In this document: one piece after another, positions 57,255 to 64,000 of the stretch
Numbering within the stretch: position 1 is the first letter of the stretch
How the letters are laid out: each line of letters opens with the position of its first letter
From: an uncultured Acidobacteriota bacterium
Lineage (GTDB): Bacteria > Acidobacteriota > Terriglobia > UBA7540
DNA length: 64,000 nucleotides
Assembly (NCBI GenBank): GCA_963765485.1
Contig: CAVXWN010000025.1
Location: 9,273 to 73,272 of the forward strand
Direction: 5' to 3'
Notes under the pieces: generated by a model
Database searches by the model: none
The model's input: the letters and a program-made list of their open reading frames with translations, nothing else
Told to the model about the DNA's origin: nothing
Made by a program: the position numbers and the translations under genes

Positions 57255-58088
57255 TCAGCGTTCTTTCAAATCTGCCACGTAGCCGGCGCCCCATTGCTCC
57301 TTTCGTCGCTCCCGAAAATCCCCCGTAAGGGGCATAATCGCGCTTTGGCCACCGTCGCAGATGATAGTCTGGCCGATAATGTAACGCGATTCATCGGAGG
57401 CCAGGAAGATAGCCAGGCGTGCGATGTCCCAGGGGGCACCGAGAAATCCGGCCGGCATGGTCTTCGCTTCGGCCTCGGTGTCAAAGGACTCTCCCAGTGT
57501 CTTGCGATGACTTTCCACGAAGATCCAGCCTGGGGCGATGGCGTTGACGCGAACGCCCTTCTGGATTAACTCCAAGGCGACTTCGCGGGTGTAGGCCACG
57601 ATAGCCCCTTTGGTGCCGGCGTACACGGAGTGCTCCGTCATCCCGGCGAAAGCATGAACGGAGGTGAGGTTAACAACGGTCCCTTTCCCTTGCTGCACCA
57701 TCGCCGGTAGCACTGCTTGGGTGAGGAAAAACTGGGCGCGGATGTTGACGTGAAAAAGGGTGTCAAACTGCTCCGGCAACACGTCCTCGAAGGGAATGTT
57801 GACGGTGATCCCGGCGTTGTTGATAAGAACATCAAGCCCGCCCAGGAATTCGACAGCATCCTTCGCCAGTTGTCTGACTGGCTCCACTCGTGTGAAGTCG
57901 GCGTTCATAGCCGTGGCTCGGCCGCCGGCCTTGAGGATTTCCTGCACTGCTGATTCGGCACCGGCGGCGCTGTGTGAGTAGTGAAGCACCACGGCCGCAC
58001 CCTCCTTGGCGAATTCCAGAGCCACGCCGCGGCCAATGCCCGTACCCGCGCCAGTCACCAGCACTCTCTTACCTTCCATTTTCCCCAT
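57255..58088 (-). CDS. SDR-family oxidoreductase
   Basis: VLVTGAGTGIGRG is the TGxxxGxG motif, NNAG is present, and the catalytic SxnYxxxK appears as S..YAGTKGA. Confidence 0.88.
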   Translation of the reverse strand: MGKMEGKRVLVTGAGTGIGRGVALEFAKEGAAVVLHYSHSAAGAESAVQEILKAGGRATAMNADFTRVEPVRQLAKDAVEFLGGLDVLINNAGITVNIPFEDVLPEQFDTLFHVNIRAQFFLTQAVLPAMVQQGKGTVVNLTSVHAFAGMTEHSVYAGTKGAIVAYTREVALELIQKGVRVNAIAPGWIFVESHRKTLGESFDTEAEAKTMPAGFLGAPWDIARLAIFLASDESRYIIGQTIICDGGQSAIMPLTGDFRERRKEQWGAGYVADLKER

Positions 58089-59511
58089 TCCAACCTCCTC
58101 TAATCCGGAGCCACGAACCGGCGATCTCCTCCAGAGATCTGCCTCTGGTCTCCGGGAGAAATCTCAAACCCCAGAAAAACGCGAAAATACAGATAGCGGC
58201 ATAAAGCCAAAAAACTCCCGCGTTGCTGCCGATGGTTTTCTCGGAAAACGATTCCAGGATCGGGAACGCAAAGGGGCCGCTGAAGCCGGCAACCCACAAG
58301 AAGGTGGTAGCAACAGCTACAGCCCGAGCCCGGATCCGTGTGGGAAATATCTCGGACATCATTAGCCAAGGCAGCGGGCCCAGGCCGACCGCGTGCGGGG
58401 CCATGCACAGAAAGAGGACCAGGATCACCGCCGGCCCCGATATGTTCAATTGAAAGATCAAGCCGGCCAATATCAAAGCGAAACACATCGATCCGGATGC
58501 CGCCAGCCACAACGGCCGTCGGCCGGTACGGTCTACCAGACGGGACGCGATGAAGGTGAACAGCACGCTGCCCATCATAACAATCGCATTCTGACCGATG
58601 GCGTCAGCCGCCCGGTGGTACCCGGCCCGCTGGAACAGCGTTGGCAAGTAGTAGCCGATGCTGCTCCAGCCGGTCCAGTTGTTAAGCACAGCCAGGATCA
58701 CACCGACGAACATGGCCTGGCGGATGCCGGGTTGGAGGAGTTCCCGGAACGATCCGGTTTCCTGCGCCAGTGACCCGCGAATTTCGTCGAGCCGGTTTTG
58801 CGGGCTTTCGCCTGGATCGGTCCGGGCGAAGACGTCCAGTGCCTCCTGGAAACGGTTCCTTTCGGCCAGCCACCTTGGGCTTTGCGGCACAAACATCAAG
58901 AGGACCGCAAAAAACGTTACAGGCACAACCACCGAAGCAAACATCCAGCGCCAACTGGTCGTGGCGGGCAAATATTTCGCCAGAAAGTATGCGACGACAG
59001 TGGCGATTAACGCCCCTATGCTGAGGGCCAGTTGGTACATGACGCCCAGCCGGCCCCGGCTGCGGGCCGGGGAGATCTCAGCGATGTACATGGGAGAAGA
59101 CACGGAAGCCACCCCGACCCCTACTCCGCCGATAATGCGGAAGGCGTTGAACGTTGCGATGTCCCGCGGAAGCGCGGCTCCAATCGCCGAGATGGCAAAC
59201 AGGAGGGCAGAGAACAGCAGGGCATTCTTCCGGCCGATCCAGTCGCACAGCCAAGCCCCCAGAGACGGGCCGGCGATGCAGCCGAGAATGGCGCTGCTGG
59301 TGGCAAAGCCGAACTGAGCCGGCGTGAGATGGAACTGCTCGCGCAGAAAAATCTGCGCGCCGGAGATGATCACCAGATCGTATCCAAACAGGAAGCCTCC
59401 GAGGGACGCTACGAAGGACACGAAGAAGGCATAGGATCGACCAGCTTTCTCTGTGTGGACCAAGCTCGGCGCAGCGGCGTTCCCGTAGGGGCTATCGAGT
59501 AATCCGATCAT
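58069..59511 (-). CDS. MFS sugar porter
   Basis: Twelve TM-like segments. Sugar-porter signatures are GFLFGYDLVIISGA, GRKNALL, PQSPRWL and PETRGRSLEEI. Confidence 0.88.
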   Translation of the reverse strand: MIGLLDSPYGNAAAPSLVHTEKAGRSYAFFVSFVASLGGFLFGYDLVIISGAQIFLREQFHLTPAQFGFATSSAILGCIAGPSLGAWLCDWIGRKNALLFSALLFAISAIGAALPRDIATFNAFRIIGGVGVGVASVSSPMYIAEISPARSRGRLGVMYQLALSIGALIATVVAYFLAKYLPATTSWRWMFASVVVPVTFFAVLLMFVPQSPRWLAERNRFQEALDVFARTDPGESPQNRLDEIRGSLAQETGSFRELLQPGIRQAMFVGVILAVLNNWTGWSSIGYYLPTLFQRAGYHRAADAIGQNAIVMMGSVLFTFIASRLVDRTGRRPLWLAASGSMCFALILAGLIFQLNISGPAVILVLFLCMAPHAVGLGPLPWLMMSEIFPTRIRARAVAVATTFLWVAGFSGPFAFPILESFSEKTIGSNAGVFWLYAAICIFAFFWGLRFLPETRGRSLEEIAGSWLRIRGGWNGENGR

Positions 59512-59533
59512 CCTTCCTCTCCACGCGCGGAGA

Positions 59534-60340
59534 TCAGGCTTTCGAGGGGAGCTCGGTCTTAAGCTTCAGCTCGAGGTGCTTACGTATCTGATTGGTTACC
59601 ATCTCCAGCCCATGGATCAGGAGTAGATAATCGACTCCGATGGATAACCACTGCGCACCCTTATCGGCCCATTCGATTAGTTGCTCGACATTATCGCCGA
59701 TGGACACCCCCGCGAATACTCCTGCCTTTCGAGCCTCGTTGATGACCGTGTCGGCCGCTTCAATCACGCTTGGGTGACGGGGTTCGCCGATAAGTCCCAT
59801 TGAGCCCGCCAAGTCGTTCAGTCCGAGCACAATTGCCTTCGCCCCTCGAACGCTGAGGATTTCTTTGATGTTACGGACCGCCTCAATATGCTCGATCTGA
59901 AGAATTGTGAGGATGGAATCGTTGGCCTCCTTGCAGAATTTCGGGCCTCCGATTGAACCATAGTGGGAAGGGCGACGCGGCCCGTATCCTCGCACTCCTT
60001 CCAGCGGATACTTGCAGGCGGAGATGGCGAGGCGGGCCTCCTCGACGGTACGAATCATAGGAACGATCACGCCCGCCGCTCCCATGTCCAGGATGGGCTT
60101 AATCAGAACCGGATCGTTCCAGGGCACGCGCACCAGGGGCGTCGTATTCGTTCCCTTGGTCGCCATGATATGGCCTTGAATTGATTCGAGGGAAAACGGG
60201 TTATGTTCGGCATCAATCCATATAAAGTCCACCCGGTCGCACAACGCTTCGGTGACGGTAGGGTCCGTAAAGCTGATGTTGGTGCCCAGACAGACCTTAC
60301 CATTTCGCATCTTGTCGATAAATTCGGATGAGGTATTCAT
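59534..60340 (-). CDS. HpcH/HpaI-family aldolase
   Basis: Motifs are FIWIDAEHNPFS, VRVPWNDP and VIVPMIRTVEEA in a 268-aa protein. Confidence 0.8.
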   Translation of the reverse strand: MNTSSEFIDKMRNGKVCLGTNISFTDPTVTEALCDRVDFIWIDAEHNPFSLESIQGHIMATKGTNTTPLVRVPWNDPVLIKPILDMGAAGVIVPMIRTVEEARLAISACKYPLEGVRGYGPRRPSHYGSIGGPKFCKEANDSILTILQIEHIEAVRNIKEILSVRGAKAIVLGLNDLAGSMGLIGEPRHPSVIEAADTVINEARKAGVFAGVSIGDNVEQLIEWADKGAQWLSIGVDYLLLIHGLEMVTNQIRKHLELKLKTELPSKA

Positions 60341-60437
60341 GCTTCTTCGCTCCTATAAATATGAATAACGTACTCTGTACAGGCGTGGAAGGGCGGCGGT
60401 TTAGCCCCGCCCTTCCGCGCCTGGCGCAAAATCCCGA

Positions 60438-61352
60438 TTAGGCCATGGCCCATGCTTGTTGCCATGTGCGCTTGGCATTGGCGACGATCAGTTGCGGCGT
60501 CTGCCCTGGTCCCTGCGGCTTTACTTCGAAACCGACCCAGGGCCGCGGTGTTCGTCCTTCTGCCAAGTAACCGATATGCGCAAGTTCCCGGATAAACTCA
60601 GCCAACTGGTCCACCCCGTTAACGCCCCCTGCAAAACCGAAATGCGGGTGCAGGTCTCCATACAGCGGGTTACCTTTCACCTTCACACAGTTCCCCACGT
60701 GCGCATGGACCAGGTACTCCTTAATGACACGCATATCAGACGGCGTTTCGTCCAAAAGGGGCATGTGACTTGAATCATAAAGTAGGCCAAAGTCGGGGTA
60801 GTCCTTTCGGATGACTTGCGCAATCCGGGCGGCGTCGTGGACCGGGCCAATAAGGCATCTCTTATCCACGCTTCGGTCAAACGTCTCCAGCGTGAGGCCG
60901 ATGCCGCGCTCTTTCGCGTACGAGCACATTTGCTGTATGGAGTCGAGAAACACTTTCATGGCAGCTTCCCGGTGCTGATCGCCCGGGTCAGGCCCGCTGA
61001 GAAACACAAAACGCAATGCTCCGATTTCGCAGGCTTGGTCAATCAAATCCTGCATTTGCCGTATCGATCTGCATCGCTCGCCGTCGTCCAGGCTATTCAG
61101 GTTCAGCTTTTGCGAGAGAATAGCAGGGTGTGCGCCAAAGCCCACCTGCAATTGGCTTGCCTGCAATATCTGGCGGACGTCCCGGCGGACCGTTGCATCC
61201 TTAATCCAGGCAATTTCAACCGCTGAGAAGAAAGCGTCCTCCGCGATCCTCTGGACACTTTCAACGATAGGCCCTTCCCCCCCACTAGTTTCAGGAAAGG
61301 CCATGAAATTCACGATACCCATTGCGCAGTAGTTGTTCCAATGAAGCTGCAT
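60438..61352 (-). CDS. sugar phosphate isomerase/epimerase (xylose-isomerase-like TIM barrel)
   Basis: 304 aa with metal-ligand-like E/D/H spacing (LTLETF, LYDSSHM, HAHVGN). Confidence 0.65.
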   Translation of the reverse strand: MQLHWNNYCAMGIVNFMAFPETSGGEGPIVESVQRIAEDAFFSAVEIAWIKDATVRRDVRQILQASQLQVGFGAHPAILSQKLNLNSLDDGERCRSIRQMQDLIDQACEIGALRFVFLSGPDPGDQHREAAMKVFLDSIQQMCSYAKERGIGLTLETFDRSVDKRCLIGPVHDAARIAQVIRKDYPDFGLLYDSSHMPLLDETPSDMRVIKEYLVHAHVGNCVKVKGNPLYGDLHPHFGFAGGVNGVDQLAEFIRELAHIGYLAEGRTPRPWVGFEVKPQGPGQTPQLIVANAKRTWQQAWAMA

Positions 61353-61379
61353 GCCGTCCCCCTGTAGGCTGCCTGCCGG

Positions 61380-62237
61380 CTACCGGACTGCGAAATATGG
61401 GGAAAGGATCTCGAGGCTGGCCGCGCGGGCTTGAACCGCCAGATCATATGGATCCCATTCCCAGTATTCCGGGCGGAACAGTTCGACGGCACACGGACCG
61501 TCATAACCGATTCGCTTGAGCCGGCGGCAGATGTCATTCAGAGGAATGATGCCGTGCCCCGGGAGCAAGCGCCGACTATCGGTGATAGCTTCTTTGGGCA
61601 CGTCTTCCATGTCGTTGATGTGGAAGGTTCGGATCCGCGCCGGGTCGAGTCCGTCGATCTCGTCCAGTAGGCCTCCTCCCCCAAAGAAGTGGCAGGCATC
61701 AAAATTGATGGCCACGTTCGTGCGCTCCGTCTTCTGGACGATCTCGTGCGCACCCCTCGGAGTACGCACGGAGCACCAGGCAAAACCCAGGAACTCGAAC
61801 GCCAAAGTCACGCCGTGCGGTTGGGCGATTGCCGCCAGATCGCGCAGAACGGTCACATACTCTTCGACAGCGCTGTCCCAAGGGAAAAACAACTCCAGAA
61901 CCGAACCTGCAGTTGACTGCGGGGTTGGGCTGGGCACCACGACCAGCGTCGTACAATCAATGGCTTCCGCTATCTCGCACAGCCTTTGACACCTTTCACG
62001 AATTTGCGGGTAGGCTGCGCCGCGGAAGCCAATGAACTCGATCGAATTGATTGCCGTGGGCACGACATGATACTGGACGAATAGCCTCCGCAGATCTGCC
62101 AGCGAGTGGCTGGTCAGGTAACTATCGACCTTCGCCGCCCACAGCTCCAGCGCCTGGAATCCGGCCCTTGCGCTTACCGTGACGTCGGTGGACAGGTCGC
62201 ACTTGCCGCTCGTGGCTCCATGGTACGCCAGCAACAT
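61380..62237 (-). CDS. sugar phosphate isomerase/epimerase (TIM barrel)
   Basis: 285 aa containing LAFEFLGF, NFDACHFF and TFHINDM. Confidence 0.65.
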   Translation of the reverse strand: MLLAYHGATSGKCDLSTDVTVSARAGFQALELWAAKVDSYLTSHSLADLRRLFVQYHVVPTAINSIEFIGFRGAAYPQIRERCQRLCEIAEAIDCTTLVVVPSPTPQSTAGSVLELFFPWDSAVEEYVTVLRDLAAIAQPHGVTLAFEFLGFAWCSVRTPRGAHEIVQKTERTNVAINFDACHFFGGGGLLDEIDGLDPARIRTFHINDMEDVPKEAITDSRRLLPGHGIIPLNDICRRLKRIGYDGPCAVELFRPEYWEWDPYDLAVQARAASLEILSPYFAVR

Positions 62238-62245
62238 ACGTCACC

Positions 62246-63241
62246 TTAACGTAATCGGCAATTGGACTGCTTCAGCACAGCGGGGTTGACGATGTTTGAA
62301 GGCACCTTGCCTTGCAACACCTCGACTACGCGCTGCGCAGCCTTTGCCTGTAATTCTTCGAGAGAGCCCTCGGAGTAGAAAGCACTGTGCGGTGTAAAGA
62401 CGACGTTCGGCATGCTCATGAACTCATCGCCCCTCGGCGGCGGTTCCTGGGGGAGGACGTCCAGGCCTGCGCCTGCCAGCCGTTTTTCGCGTAGCGCGAC
62501 AGCCAGCGCCACCGTATCCACCACTCCGCCACGGGCTGTATTAATCAGCCAGGCGGTCGGCTTCATTTTGCGCAGGGCCTCCGCGCCAATCATCTTGTGC
62601 GTTTCCGGGGTCAGGGGAGTGTGGATCGTCACAAAGTCGGACGTGCGCAACAGTGTGTCCAGATCCACAGGCTTCACGTTCCTTTGGGTCATCTCTTGTT
62701 GGTCAATGTATGGGTCACAGGCAATCACATGAAGCCCAAAACCCTGCGCCTTGGGCGCCACGCTCTTGCCGATGCGGCCGAACCCAATGATACCCAAGGT
62801 GAGACCCCTGAGCCTGAACAGTGGCATGCCGACTTTCACGTCCCAGACGCCCGATCGAACCGAGCGATCGTAGCCCAAGATGCCTCTGGCGCCGCAAAGC
62901 AAGAGTGCCATAGCCTCGTTGGACACCTCGTCCATGCAATAGTCCGGGACGTTGGTCACGACGATGCCATGCTCGGTAGCGGCCTCCACATCGATGTTGT
63001 CCAGACCGACTCCGTAGCGGCAGATGATCTGACACTTTTCCGCCACAGCGATGACGGGTGCGCGCAACGGCCGCCAGTTCGACAGGATGCCAGCGACGCC
63101 TGGGGCCAACTCCATCAACTCGTTCTGCTCTCCTGTGGGAGCCGCAATCACCTCGGCGCCCGTCGCGGTTATGGCTTTGCGCTCAATTTCAAAATTTGGC
63201 CAAGCATAATCTGTAATAAGAACACGCATTTGTTGAGTCAT
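62246..63241 (-). CDS. D-isomer-specific 2-hydroxyacid dehydrogenase (CtBP/PGDH-like)
   Basis: The Rossmann motif is GIIGFGRIGKSVA. Other motifs are NTARGGVVD and FTPHSAFYS. Confidence 0.85.
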   Translation of the reverse strand: MTQQMRVLITDYAWPNFEIERKAITATGAEVIAAPTGEQNELMELAPGVAGILSNWRPLRAPVIAVAEKCQIICRYGVGLDNIDVEAATEHGIVVTNVPDYCMDEVSNEAMALLLCGARGILGYDRSVRSGVWDVKVGMPLFRLRGLTLGIIGFGRIGKSVAPKAQGFGLHVIACDPYIDQQEMTQRNVKPVDLDTLLRTSDFVTIHTPLTPETHKMIGAEALRKMKPTAWLINTARGGVVDTVALAVALREKRLAGAGLDVLPQEPPPRGDEFMSMPNVVFTPHSAFYSEGSLEELQAKAAQRVVEVLQGKVPSNIVNPAVLKQSNCRLR

Positions 63242-63467
63242 TGATCGTACTCCTCCTTTTTATGGTCTTACCTTCAGCACCGGATGGAAGCCGTTTCTGT
63301 CTTGGGTCCCACCCGGACTGATCGTTCAGGGCTCCATCGCGAACGGGCCGTACATGGCCGCTAAAGTTGAGCAAAGTTGGCCGCCTAGACGCCCGCAAAT
63401 GGAAAAAATCCTCTCGAAATGGCAGCCGCCGGTCACCACGGCTACTCTTTCAGTGAACTCCAACAGC

Positions 63468-64000
63468 TTATCCGGGTTCACGTGAGATGACTTCCAGAAG
63501 GCCCCGGGTAAAGCAGACAGCGTCCTCCGCCACCTGCCGGGATTCGGGCAGGGGCAGCACTTCGAAAGATAGATACTCTTGATACTGAATGCCGCTCAAA
63601 GCCTGGAGAATCGAACGCATGTCCACGTGTCCATAGCCTGGGGCCTGCCGGTTGCTATCCGCCAAGTGCACATGTCCCAAACGTGGCCCTGCCCGACGCA
63701 GGGCGGCAACCATATCGACTTCTTCGATGTTCATATGAAAAGTGTCTGCCAGCACTTTGAGGTTGGGCGCGCCGATTTCCTCGATGGCGCCAAGTGTTTC
63801 TTCGATGGTATTCAGGTAATCTGCCTCGTAGCGATTAAGCGGTTCCAAGAGAAGGGTCACTCCAGACGCCAGCGCGGACCGGCAGCACTCGTCCAGGCAA
63901 GCCAGACCTGCGGCGCGCCGGGCTGGACGTTGCGCGGCATCGTGCCCCAGCCGTCCTCGGATAAGACCGATGGTCACAGCAGAATCCAGAGAGGCAGCCA
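63468..64000 (-). CDS. sugar phosphate isomerase/epimerase, N-terminus beyond window edge
   Basis: The frame is open to position 64000 (..AASLDSAVTIGLIRG..). Motifs are LLLEPLNRYE, FHMNIEE and HVHLADSNR. Confidence 0.65.
   Translation of the reverse strand, partial: AASLDSAVTIGLIRGRLGHDAAQRPARRAAGLACLDECCRSALASGVTLLLEPLNRYEADYLNTIEETLGAIEEIGAPNLKVLADTFHMNIEEVDMVAALRRAGPRLGHVHLADSNRQAPGYGHVDMRSILQALSGIQYQEYLSFEVLPLPESRQVAEDAVCFTRGLLEVISREPG

Overview
GC-rich bacterial chromosomal fragment. Gene content suggests an Acidobacteriota-like soil organism: a CarboxypepD_reg-type giant outer-membrane protein, many Tat/Sec-exported glycoside hydrolases and REP-like palindromes. This taxonomy is inference only. 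Layout: (1) 1-10.3 kb holds the distal half of the ribosomal-protein superoperon in canonical order: rplE-rpsN-rpsH-rplF-rplR-rpsE-rpmD-rplO-secY-adk-map-infA-rpmJ-rpsM-rpsK-rpsD-rpoA-rplQ. (2) 10.4-20.5 kb holds housekeeping and envelope genes: DUF47+PiT phosphate module, an orphan degenerate receiver, HtrA protease, an alpha/beta hydrolase, a ParD/ParE-like TA pair, DUF4337 and SecA. (3) 20.7-51.9 kb is an accessory region. It contains exported glycan-degrading enzymes (GH29, DUF2961, GH36, GH2, an alpha-galactosidase-like protein, a metallophosphoesterase-malectin protein) and a giant beta-barrel OMP. It also contains an orphan AAA+ ATPase, two PilZ proteins, a DUF2779 nuclease-like protein and an ArsA/Get3-like ATPase module. 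(4) 52.0-55.3 kb is a small islet with a PD-(D/E)xK + PUA/EVE-like fusion protein, about 1 kb of structured non-coding DNA, two small well-signalled ORFs and an orphan pilin. I rate this the best candidate for an undescribed (defence-type) module. (5) 56-64 kb is a minus-strand sugar or sugar-acid catabolic operon. I saw no rRNA, intact tRNA, CRISPR array, transposase or integrase. Caveat: about a dozen single-base indels, mostly +1 insertions outside homopolymers, occur in tight clusters and break seven genes, including essential secY (three shifts in about 230 bp). Long neighbouring genes are intact. These look like local consensus errors but need read-level verification. All family assignments come from motifs read by eye in the translations; no database search was possible.
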